Origin: a virus
Strand: one strand, 5' to 3'
IMG/VR virus record: IMGVR_UViG_3300005056_000004
DNA length: 48,053 nt
Positions 20,701-25,543 of this stretch are shown one piece after another (position 1 is the stretch's first letter; every line of letters begins with the position of its first letter). The notes under the pieces are model-generated. The model worked only from the letters and a program-made list of their open reading frames with translations. It searched no databases and was not told where the DNA came from. The position numbers were made by a program, and so were the translations under genes.

Positions 20701-20997
20701 AAAAATAGCTATGACCTTAAGAGTAAAAAAGCATTTATAGATGGTGGCAATGATGTAAAAGAGTATATGAGTTCTAAAGAGAAGCAAGCTCATGTTCAGA
20801 TAAGTAGAATGCTTTCTTCTTATTCTAAAGAACTTGCCAAGGTTAAGAACAGTGTTGAGCATATTACTTATAATAAAATGTTTTCTCAATCTCAAAAAGA
20901 AGAGAAAATAAATGCAGCTTATGCAGCTAAGACATCCGCGTTTGAAAAGATAGTTACAAGTGTAAATAAAAAACTTGATGAAGTTGAGGGGAAATAA
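8797..20997 (+). CDS. Giant 4,066-aa polyvalent protein with N6-adenine DNA methyltransferase, SNF2/DEAH helicase, HExxH metallopeptidase motif and a large uncharacterised C-terminal region. DarB-like, probably a virion-packaged or ejected protein
   Basis: Uninterrupted 12.2-kb ORF. MTase motif I is LEPSVGVGNFFG and motif IV is GNPPFGS. Helicase motifs are GTGKTFTA (I), LILDEAHEFKN (II), LTGTPISN (III) and QREGRIIRQGN (VI). The peptidase motif is AHEMAHY. It follows the portal gene. Confidence 0.85.
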   Translation: MPSPTNKFLTQMREEYPEYVDVDDTTLAKAYGKKHYAYLEEDVFLEKVGLHQSTLLDDAIDLVTPTEKPFTQDNNTTEPSLHDAIAPNVNGSMPATTKEQEKPFSVSSPAFTQSEDLTTTMTSSQMKDSIANETSLLLGEGKDFENPDREDYELGKRVVNATNKSTSGMAKGLFRVMGSTAYTLIRPFSQETATNIYESYMGSAKKISEYVYEDNKFDVKSTHTPNSIKEAVKAGGIFDIDTVQEVLLYGLDTTIESVPDMAEIATMFPAYVLGKAENSALERAKNDGRKEATNEDFLRVLPTATTSALLDKMGLEATTSKIFNDLVKTTAAGGIKAASIEITKKVRNGTLTEAVTEAGQTVIDKMGEEIGTKSGLSSVDKYAEEAAWASLAGGIGGGAMSGTTATGTIIFNEYSKADKEAQREAYIQDSYNKQMLGSSSLTSSIDDNRYVVFKNNLDTKVKNIQTEFQNLVINNPGLAVPVEAVNDIAVQKAVVQTAKEDGLNVSDNNGLNAIDAGFKELEAEIGTLDEEMTPKGSEVVNVEPIPIVKTPIDTARLTQLQETPADELTVDEQFELEDLQIEEQQIQKLGNDETALVDANSKLFQANKSEEAKIKSLGKDEIASDELTALIKDGFTFVKKGDSFENTTTSIGDRYIKYDEQGNKLTKYSTGDMEVEYSDGESVMLHPDGTHTSSLGFGGGITTAQDGTLLSDEEAILDEVKSRFITNNNSIKTIQVKVPTIDEARDKQRESKKSAPTHISEQLALNEKLYANDETALADANAKLFQANKSEEAKIKSLGKDEIKRLDDEYFTEKYSDVEVQRAYDFLPTATKQSSAVQASLDFAGTQNPLFNTKGSEEYIVPTWAKDIVSDTLRYDDIITAVTDAKNGNPTDTSFRVMDALHKAGDPHLENEIKRFDELSQRWDLNELEEAEQSELAKVLDKHLTGVEDGTITRAEESTRATQDETADNEVVQAVTEQGLQQTRSTKESDRSLPDSFAAQKPLVFDTAKVYDTRGINHENPHNKLSEIIKKDVARYVSQLAKNLGYDFEIDKKGKKKTFNGVNNNIAVVGGSISFKLFKPNSDAGIYVSLNYDSSMTDDGRYDTYFLNDKSLGHFFRTINGIDDHTGGKNNWFKTEDLTSDTFVNKIISLVEAQEKRDSDIINKEVKEDEKLEQPTERDDGRDILETLSTVDDGKSSGQSRRVQPDSIQGTDSKSQKQSIAPLPDTTGRQSNSDDGRVSDERLSASRSEVDGGEGTHSTVSRLEETADNFEIEDALGKGGLKTKFKTNIEAIKIVKKIQTKNYKPTKAEKTILSQYVGWGGLANAFVRPNGSITKGWEKESKELKELLSDDEYKEAKASTLNAHYTSKEIVDAIWSGVKQFGFKGGKVLEPSVGVGNFFGMMPTSLKSSTKLYGVELDGITSTIAQTLYPKATIQNKGFQDVELSNDFSLVIGNPPFGSVKLFDKNNKHLKDMSIHNYFFAKSMDALEEGGILAMVVSNGLMDASSSATREYLGSKANLLGAIRLPNNAFSKNANTEVTTDIIFLQKRYKSQESNIDTWRDIGEINDTPLNQYFVNNEAMMLGKWGKYGSMYRGDMPALVAFEGSTNTAGMLLPDALKSLPSNIVTHETIIKENTSEATFSGDVSKVRVGAMYVSDGYIYKRELDVDGEPQVREVTTKLNSKNKIVEYKPAELLKIKGMIEVVSVADELRVLQLNNRATDKDLARARKALNKSYEAFTTKHKFLNNATNKKLFEDDVRSPFLLALEKHYDKGVSAAVAKKSGELVKKESAVKADIFTKRTQNPYARPTKADSEQDALTVSLSEYGSINLGYMQELTAKSEAELISALDGFMYDDVDAGWVTKEEYLSGNVKEKFALTDNVKYKKALQEVIPKDIEAMDISITLGAGWVPKDIMADFVEFITGDDAAKVTLTPHNARWTISARVTSAKASQWGTKRRTATEILEQTMNLKQMKVQDNHGTSSQPQLVTNIDETTAVQEKQEVLKEEFKEWIFKTADRRTELAEIYNREFNTKTLREYDGSHINFVGKSEMINLRQHQKNGVWRMLQGGTVLFDHTVGTGKTFTAIAGVMELRRTGKANKPLVVVPNHLTSQWGKEWMELYPNANILVPTKADFSAARRKLLMSKIATGDYDAIIIAHSQLTSIQNDPEFETSFIEDEITRIQTSIDMLKEEDGKSRSVKNAEDSKAKLEERIKKLNDMQRDDNLNFAELGIDALILDEAHEFKNLTYTTGLQGVAGLGNPKGSKKAFDLFIKTQNILEKTNGNNVVFLTGTPISNTIAEMFTIQRYLDYSGLQDKNLDVFDAWVKQYAEIVSDWELSPSGKYKLNTRLRKFNNMPELITEYKQFGDVVTREDIPALPIPLIKGGRAANIVVERSDAQAAYIGVADKKGKYPEDSLVYRSEHLPKGKPKKGDDNMLSIMGLARKVALDMRLIDPSYEDNPDSKVNLTVKNTFEIYKMWNAKKGTQLIFCDLSTPKGAVAKEKAKIEALIKNAESADENVAEKAQAELDKLNPDDIDALNSKFSVYDDIKAKLIAKGIKESEVVFIHDAKTDLQKQELFAKVKSGKIRVLIGSTSKMGSGMNVQDKLVALHHIDVPWRPSDLEQREGRIIRQGNEFFKSDPEGFEVEIFRYATKNTLDSMMWQTIEAKANFIAQLRAGNLLDREVEDVSGEAINAAEMKAMSSGNPLVFEDMKLKKDIKKMEALKKSHDRNQYDLEDKIKKSTTLLSESKSILDAYALDAKLSKKLPKKFIMNINKKEYESREDAGKEILHIMLKTPERTSKLIGEIGGFKVYVETTGKGLSLSDTGIVTLSGSQDYEFSFNMEDQSYSGLTLKLENTIKNIATKMQEKELDTEYVKEQLPQLKEQVGEFKNSNKLDELRLRQKEVLAELRKKDDEPTDTVDEMSTGEVLEMIETLEGRANESFMKVPTKKEVKDTAANNHYSRVNGFDEAGVNYVPTYKTSGLPHRPATGTISIGNKEVSLPTYEKAMNADTIRVYLSEIIGNRLYQAKLKNKSALGKYKRDDSAIRVKNYSDIEVMAHEMAHYLDFFHNNKSKAAPDSFFRREILKNKEEIKALSYTTDPKNVISEGFAEFTRLWLTNYNSLTLVAPNMIKDFEAKLSKDKELNKKMTLLQESMHQYYYQGAGVAKYVGGELTPTAKKIQRSQAEIGKNFRQKSIDRIHSIKRIEAEIKGDVAVNARDSAYKSLQLVNGYSSIMYSAMNIGTPTVNVDGDISYSGKSLNDIFAPATTVDENRVKLMENYFVARRANELMEQGRENLITQEDIDADLGLAEIYPEFETIFTEYQEFNDAMLDFYVDMNLITSSQRENFQEMNKDYVPFHRINESVQYDGVATSKIGQRLTGGTSSLNSIMENIINGVESNIKEALISRGKSMFYEMLEESGMGGVYATKVSADSKVVQDNLKDQAKKVATVMAMMDIAVSKDGMILSGKSDATEIYDVSEIEENLLTNPKTMEVWTHGHPPTSADGYIDSVIINDKVVYFETKDIGIVDAMTSFSGSHYGTVVSGLMWMKNVMTWNITNNPLFYLTNFVRDTVSASVLSKNGFIPVITSLNGTYHFITRSKTYKEFMASGAGYGTRRTSLGGDIEAMKMLNVKRSLSVLDRVVDALEYGADMFEYGTRVGEFKLAQNSGKSNTQSAFEAREISTDFAIKGSDKTISGFMSTVPFMKAAILGLDKTARRIFSLNGEMKVSNALKFRNQLGELQTHKLKIYATGGMMAGLTLALWFNNKDDERYKRLTRDAKMMYWHFFIGEKHIKVPRPYDIGFVFSTVPELMADAIYTKEGKEAAKDFAWGVKNMFSIGDISGLFQPILDDMTNTNWTGSPIVPARMQNLDDLSDQYMNSTPLVYKMFGKITGASPIMTKHYVNGYLGLTARMMEEVTENILWNSKEWGARPFSKNAAEFMVSRFVAKEQPSRTIYSEKYYELVKKASAVKNSYDLKSKKAFIDGGNDVKEYMSSKEKQAHVQISRMLSSYSKELAKVKNSVEHITYNKMFSQSQKEEKINAAYAAKTSAFEKIVTSVNKKLDEVEGK
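12600..13450 (+). other. Methyltransferase module of the giant protein (gamma-class N6-A MTase motifs)
   Basis: GxGxF motif encoded around 12961-12990. NPPF is encoded at 13155-13166. Confidence 0.8.
14940..16700 (+). other. SNF2-family helicase module of the giant protein
   Basis: Walker A (VGTGKT) is encoded at 15019-15036 and DEAH at 15502-15513. Motif VI QREGRIIRQGN lies near 16655-16690. Confidence 0.8.
17965..17979 (+). other. HEMAH (HExxH) zinc-metallopeptidase motif in the giant protein
   Basis: The codons cac gag atg gct cac are read directly. The context is EVMAHEMAHYLDFFH. Confidence 0.5.
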
Positions 20998-21668
20998 TGG
21001 CACACGATATAGAGATACGATTTAGATGTAGAGCTTTGTTTGAAGTTATGAATATGAATTTGAGTGACATAAGAAAACAAGAGAGTGTCGGACTCTCTAC
21101 TCTTAGCGACTGGAAGAATGATGATCGTGAAGAGTATGGCGGCATCTGGTTACAGGGGTGCAAATCTGGAAAGATAGAACAGACTACTGAGCAACTGAGA
21201 AAAGAGCTAGAAGCCACTTCTGTTTATGATGCAATGAAAAAGGAGTTGAATAAATTTTACGGAGTATCAAAAAGCGGTTCCCTCGATGTAAGCGGAATGC
21301 TTGAAGTCGGGAACGATAATTCAGAGATACAAGCACGAGCTGAAACAGACATGACACTTCTTGCCTCTGTAGGAGCTGACTACTTTGACTCGCAACTTTT
21401 TAAAAACTCGATGCTTAGTTCTATTGTTCTGAGTAATCAAGTGAAAAAAGACCCAACAAAAGTCAAGCAGTCAGATATAAAAGCAAGTTCTGAAATTCAC
21501 AAGATAGCTAAAGAGGCTAGATTTGGCAAAAGTCCTGAGACTGTTATCTTTAATGCCAATGGCAATTATAGTCCTGAAGAGTTAAATGACCTCACTATTG
21601 AACAGCTTGAAGAATTAGCTAAGAAAGAGATGGCTGGTGTTATTGATGTTGAGAAAGTAGAAAAATAA
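20997..21668 (+). CDS. HTH-like DNA-binding protein (possible small terminase or regulator)
   Basis: 223 aa with a start overlapping the giant ORF stop (TAATGG). N-terminal NLSDIRKQESVGLSTLSDWKND looks like a helix-turn-helix. The functional call is weak. Confidence 0.3.
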   Translation: MAHDIEIRFRCRALFEVMNMNLSDIRKQESVGLSTLSDWKNDDREEYGGIWLQGCKSGKIEQTTEQLRKELEATSVYDAMKKELNKFYGVSKSGSLDVSGMLEVGNDNSEIQARAETDMTLLASVGADYFDSQLFKNSMLSSIVLSNQVKKDPTKVKQSDIKASSEIHKIAKEARFGKSPETVIFNANGNYSPEELNDLTIEQLEELAKKEMAGVIDVEKVEK

Positions 21669-21676
21669 AGGCTTAA

Positions 21677-21698
21677 GGAACACCCAAGGGAACACCTA
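21677..21698 (+). repeat. GGAACACCCAAG tandem pair, left of the attP core (candidate integrase arm-type sites)
   Basis: ggaacacccaag ggaacacctact. The same 20-mer, ggaacacccaagggaacacc, recurs at 21928-21947. Confidence 0.55.
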
Positions 21699-21775
21699 CT
21701 GAGTATAGAAGTTTTTGTTTATTTTTTTAAATTCTTTGAAAGTTCGTATTTTAGGGGGTTTAAAGGATGTATAAG

Positions 21776-21822
21776 TGGTGGGTCCTATGTGACTCGAACA
21801 CATGACCACTCCGTTATGAGAC
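21776..21822 (-). other. attP core: 3' portion of a tRNA-Met(CAU)-like gene
   Basis: The minus strand reads ctcataa(loop)-cggag-tggtc-atgtg-TTCGAGT-cacat-aggaccc-a-CCA. This gives an anticodon loop with CAT, the 3' anticodon stem, a variable loop, a perfect 5-bp T-stem with TTCGAGT loop, the 3' acceptor strand and CCA. No matching 5' acceptor or D-arm lies upstream. It is adjacent to the integrase gene. Confidence 0.7.
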
Positions 21823-21902
21823 AAAAGCACTCATATCTACTTATATAGATTTACATATAAATCAACCTATCCAAGGGGTTTGTAATTCTATCTTAATATA
21901 TA

Positions 21903-21971
21903 TTTATCTATAATTATATATACGAAAGGAACACCCAAGGGAACACCCAAGTATATATAATTATAGATAAA
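21903..21971. repeat. 21-bp perfect inverted repeat (21903-21923 / 21951-21971) enclosing a GGAACACCCAAG x2 tandem (21928-21951)
   Basis: tttatctataattatatatac and its exact reverse complement flank gaaaggaacacccaagggaacacccaa. It sits 15 nt upstream of the integrase start. Confidence 0.8.
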
Positions 21972-21985
21972 GTAGGGATTATGTT

Positions 21986-23059
21986 GTGTCGATAAATAAA
22001 GATGATTATCCATTTCAAATTGAAACTGGGTTATGGGCAAATAAAAAATATACAGTTTTTTTATATAATTTCAGATTTGAAAAAAAGAGGTATCGAGCAC
22101 TTATAGACTTAACAGACAAAGTGGGTTGGAACAAAAAAGATAAAATCTTTACTGCTCGTGCTGAACTTATGAAGATAAAGAACGGAAAGAAAGATGCAGT
22201 GCTTAGTGACAAAGTAACTCTTGATGAGTTTATGAAAAGCTTTTTTGAACTTCGACCAGATACAAACAATACTAAAACTCGTAAGAGCCATTATGATAGA
22301 TACGTTAGTCCTATTTGTGGAATGAAAAGAGTTGTTGATATTCGGCAGCTACACATAAAACAGAGTATAAAGAGTCAAGAGGAACTAGGTCTTGCACCTC
22401 GAACTGTTAAACAAACGCTCGAAGCACTCTCCCCTGCTTTTAAAAGTGCTATTGCAAACAGGCTTATATCTTACAACCCTCTTGATGGTATAGTTATAAA
22501 GCTCCCAAAAACTAAAAAAATAGTAAGTGAAGCTGGGGTCGAACTTAGAAAGATATATAATGCGATATTTGCAGAGTTTGGAGATGATCCTTTTTATCTC
22601 TCACTTTTTCTCTTTGCACTTCAAGGTAGGAGGAGAGGAGAAATACTTACTCTTAAGTGGGAAGATATAAGTATAGACAACTCTTACTACATACTTCGTA
22701 ACACAAAGAACAATGAAGAGCAAAAGATTTTTCTAGCTGAGATTATCAAAGACAATTTAAAAGATATACCTCGTGTAAGTGACTGGGTTTTTACATCTCG
22801 TAGGACTGGCTCACATCTTGTTGATATTCGCAAGGTTACAGGCAGGCTAAAAAAGAGACTCAAAGATGAGAATTTTGGCATACACTATTTGAGAAATGTC
22901 ATTGTTTCGGCTATGGCTGAGAAAGGTTTTGATAGTATGCATCTTAGCGGTGCTTTAGGTCACAACGACCCTAACACTATAAAGAAGTATCTCACTATGA
23001 ACTATTTGAAGTCTAGTGAGATGGCTAGTGGGGTTATTGATGGGATTGTTAAGAAGTAA
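21986..23059 (+). CDS. int: Tyrosine integrase
   Basis: 357 aa with a GTG start. The C-terminal catalytic region has RRRGEILTLKW (Arg), HYLRNVIV (HxxR) and LGHNDPNTIKKYL (His and Tyr). It is next to a tRNA-derived att core. Confidence 0.85.
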   Translation: MSINKDDYPFQIETGLWANKKYTVFLYNFRFEKKRYRALIDLTDKVGWNKKDKIFTARAELMKIKNGKKDAVLSDKVTLDEFMKSFFELRPDTNNTKTRKSHYDRYVSPICGMKRVVDIRQLHIKQSIKSQEELGLAPRTVKQTLEALSPAFKSAIANRLISYNPLDGIVIKLPKTKKIVSEAGVELRKIYNAIFAEFGDDPFYLSLFLFALQGRRRGEILTLKWEDISIDNSYYILRNTKNNEEQKIFLAEIIKDNLKDIPRVSDWVFTSRRTGSHLVDIRKVTGRLKKRLKDENFGIHYLRNVIVSAMAEKGFDSMHLSGALGHNDPNTIKKYLTMNYLKSSEMASGVIDGIVKK

Positions 23060-23096
23060 TTCCATAAACTGTGTGCTCATATTATTATCCCTAATT

Positions 23097-23663
23097 TCAT
23101 TTGTTATTTTCGCTTAACTCTTTAAGCTCTCGTTCTTGTGGATAAATAGCCTCACTTACAGACTCAATCTCTTCATCTATTTTGAACACCTTTTTTTTTA
23201 GAGAAAGCTCTTTCTGTTTTATGTAATCAGGAGCTTCTGCTCTTCTAAATGGATATGAAATAAAGTGACTTTCTTTCTCTTTCATTTCTTTCTCTATCAG
23301 TAGTTCACTTAAATTGAGTAAGTTTATTTTATATATATTCAGTAGCCTGTAAAAAGTACCTGTATCAAAATTCTGATACTCATTATCCAACACCTCGTAA
23401 CTTTTATTTTGCACTAAATCACTTTCAACAATACTGTTTCGCTCGTAATCACTTATTAAAGGGCAAAGTTCTATTCTACAGTTCCCCTCACATTCATCCT
23501 TATTCCCTGGAAGACTACAAAATGAAATTACTGTATCTCCGTTCACATCTTCTTGAGTTTTTAAGTGTTTGCACTCTTTACTTAGAGCATCAAATAGTTC
23601 CCCACTTTTTATATTGTTAGACCACACTTTTTTTATCCCTCCATTCTTGCACATTAACTGCAT
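23097..23663 (-). CDS. Cysteine-containing protein with a coiled-coil C-terminal half, function unknown
   Basis: 188-aa ORF, last gene of the leftward block. Contains CSLPGNKDECEGNCRIELCP. Confidence 0.45.
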   Translation of the reverse strand: MQLMCKNGGIKKVWSNNIKSGELFDALSKECKHLKTQEDVNGDTVISFCSLPGNKDECEGNCRIELCPLISDYERNSIVESDLVQNKSYEVLDNEYQNFDTGTFYRLLNIYKINLLNLSELLIEKEMKEKESHFISYPFRRAEAPDYIKQKELSLKKKVFKIDEEIESVSEAIYPQERELKELSENNK

Positions 23664-24135
23664 CTATTTTCTTTTCGTCTTCTACTTTTTTTAGCATCAG
23701 GCTGATTACTTTTAACGTTCCCATTGTATGCTTGTTCGCACCGTGAAGAGTATCTAGCTTTATGAAGTCTTTTATATTTACACCGATTTTTTTAAACTGT
23801 TTCTCTCTTCTAAAAACAAATGTCTTTAAAAATCCTGCAATGCTTACATCATTCGGTAGTTCCTTAAAAGAGTCTAACCAAACTCTGTTTGTAGCATCTA
23901 CAATATCTGTAACATATCGTGTAGCCATATTAATCTTTGCTAAAGTCTTTAGATTTTTTTGAATATATTTCAAACTTTGTGTGCCTTCATCTAACTGTCT
24001 TATCATGTGCCAAAGCACTAAAGCTAACAGCTGCTCTTCAAAGTCAAACTTTCTCAATGTTTTAAGTATATTGTTTTTAATTGTGGGATGCAAACGAGTT
24101 ATCGGGACAAGTCCATCTACTATTATTTTATTCAT
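23617..24135 (-). CDS. Hypothetical early protein
   Basis: 172-aa ORF whose start overlaps the dUTPase stop. Confidence 0.5.
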   Translation of the reverse strand: MNKIIVDGLVPITRLHPTIKNNILKTLRKFDFEEQLLALVLWHMIRQLDEGTQSLKYIQKNLKTLAKINMATRYVTDIVDATNRVWLDSFKELPNDVSIAGFLKTFVFRREKQFKKIGVNIKDFIKLDTLHGANKHTMGTLKVISLMLKKVEDEKKIDAVNVQEWRDKKSVV

Positions 24136-24604
24136 TTAAGGACTCTCTAAATAAGTAACTTTTGTGTTCTAGTAGTATTATTTGAGCGATTTTTTCGCCT
24201 TTTTTTATGCAGAAACTTCCAATATCGCCAAAGGTAGTATGCATAGTATTATGAATAATAATCTTAATCTCATCTTCATAGTCTAAACCAATAACACCGA
24301 CACCATTAGGGACAACTAAACCTTTTTCTCCTAAACTGTTTATTAGCATTACTTGTAAGTAGTGAGAGGACATAACGGTGTCTAAAACTTCATCATAATC
24401 AGTAAAAGTGTTAGGATGCTCAATAATCCATTCCCCTACTATTTGATTCTTAACTCTATCACTAATATCAACACAAACACCAAGACCAACAACAACAGTC
24501 TCACCTGCACCTATAACGACATCTTCACTAGCATACAAATCAACACAAGCAGAGTATTTACTCCATCGTGTTGGTGCAGTTCCATTTTTTAAAACTTTAA
24601 ACAT
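24128..24604 (-). CDS. dut: dUTP diphosphatase (trimeric dUTPase family)
   Basis: SACVDLYASEDVVIGAGETVVVGLGV, NGVGVIGLDYEDEIKIIIHN and GEKIAQIILLE correspond to dUTPase motifs 1-4. Confidence 0.75.
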   Translation of the reverse strand: MFKVLKNGTAPTRWSKYSACVDLYASEDVVIGAGETVVVGLGVCVDISDRVKNQIVGEWIIEHPNTFTDYDEVLDTVMSSHYLQVMLINSLGEKGLVVPNGVGVIGLDYEDEIKIIIHNTMHTTFGDIGSFCIKKGEKIAQIILLEHKSYLFRESLNE

Positions 24605-25137
24605 TATTTTATCCCTCCATTATTTATTATCTTCTCACAATAATCTATCTCTTCTGTATCATTTTTCTTTCCAACTCTGATGAAATCATATACGAACACA
24701 TAAGGATTGTCTTCAAACTTGTAGCCTTTGGGTGCTCCTTTGTTCCATCGTACTTTGAAGTTGTCTTTCAGGCTTCTCCATGATTTTTTATTCCAAGTAC
24801 CTATACTATCATGTGCTTGTTTTTTATAAGTGCTTTTTACATCTTCTCTCCTGATATCCATATCACTAATATTCTGCAACTTCTCAACACGAACATTAGT
24901 AATTTTTAAGAAAATATTATGCTTTAGTTCAAAAGATGTTTCACTACGAACATTCGTAAGTTTCTCACTGACTTGCACAACTTCATCTATGTCATATTTA
25001 GAATATTCACTTACAAGAGAATCAAGCCACTCTTTCTTTTCAATATCGGTTCTGACTTCAACAACTACTCTAAATTGAGTCTTATGTCCATTAAGTACAG
25101 CCTTAATGTCTTCTTCATTCATTAGTATGTTATTCAT
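24604..25137 (-). CDS. Hypothetical protein, possibly ASCH-like
   Basis: The ORF track extends to 25215, but the first 26 codons are hydrophobic and overlap the upstream gene. Likely starts are ATG 25137 or 25122 (MNEEDIKAVLNGHKTQFRVVV). The ASCH call is a weak recollection. Confidence 0.35.
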   Translation of the reverse strand: MNNILMNEEDIKAVLNGHKTQFRVVVEVRTDIEKKEWLDSLVSEYSKYDIDEVVQVSEKLTNVRSETSFELKHNIFLKITNVRVEKLQNISDMDIRREDVKSTYKKQAHDSIGTWNKKSWRSLKDNFKVRWNKGAPKGYKFEDNPYVFVYDFIRVGKKNDTEEIDYCEKIINNGGIK

Positions 25138-25543
25138 TGCTATCCACCTGAACATGAAGACCACAACCACTAAACTCAATATATCTGGCAGTATCACTAT
25201 CTGGTATCTTGTCATTCAAACACGATAAACCATTTAGATAATGGCAGTTATGACAATTTCTTAATATGTTAGTTTCTAACTTGTATAAGATCTCTTTAGG
25301 TGTGTAGTCACAAAACAAGTCTGCTATCTCATTTATACTATCAAAGCTTTCGCCATTGTCAAAGCTTATTTCTAGTGTTGACAAGTCTATATCAAAACCA
25401 TAATCTCCGCAATCAATACGGAACAATGGATCTTCCTTTGTAGCATGATTTTCAAGCATACCTAGAACATATTTTTTATCATCGATTGGTCTTTTCTTTG
25501 CTTTATATATCGGTATAGTATTTTCATCTCTTCTTAAGCTCAT
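25130..25543 (-). CDS. Hypothetical early protein (CHNCH cysteine/histidine cluster)
   Basis: 137-aa ORF overlapping the primase stop. Confidence 0.5.
   Translation of the reverse strand: MSLRRDENTIPIYKAKKRPIDDKKYVLGMLENHATKEDPLFRIDCGDYGFDIDLSTLEISFDNGESFDSINEIADLFCDYTPKEILYKLETNILRNCHNCHYLNGLSCLNDKIPDSDTARYIEFSGCGLHVQVDSNE

Noticed and set aside
8797-20997. The giant ORF as an N4-like virion RNA polymerase, given the N4-type capsid.
   Set aside because: I could not see T7-like single-subunit RNAP motifs. The recognisable motifs are those of an MTase, an SNF2 helicase and an HExxH peptidase. A divergent polymerase domain in the unassigned regions cannot be excluded without profile searches.
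9249-21003. About 25 antisense or alternative-frame ORFs of 60-124 aa inside the giant gene, for example 9606-9914, 10608-10982, 14739-15047, 19111-19404 and 20677-21003, plus the plus-strand alternative frame 12302-12586.
   Set aside because: All are embedded in one continuous 12.2-kb ORF that has clear enzyme motifs. Their products are low-complexity Ser/Leu/Phe/Cys-rich strings, typical of the reverse complement of an A/G-rich coding strand. None has an RBS or independent motifs.
21776-21860. A full tRNA gene on the minus strand.
   Set aside because: Only the anticodon loop through the CCA end is present. The sequence upstream on the minus strand cannot pair with the 3' anticodon stem (cggag) or the acceptor strand (aggaccc). 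Interpreted as an attP core rather than a functional tRNA.
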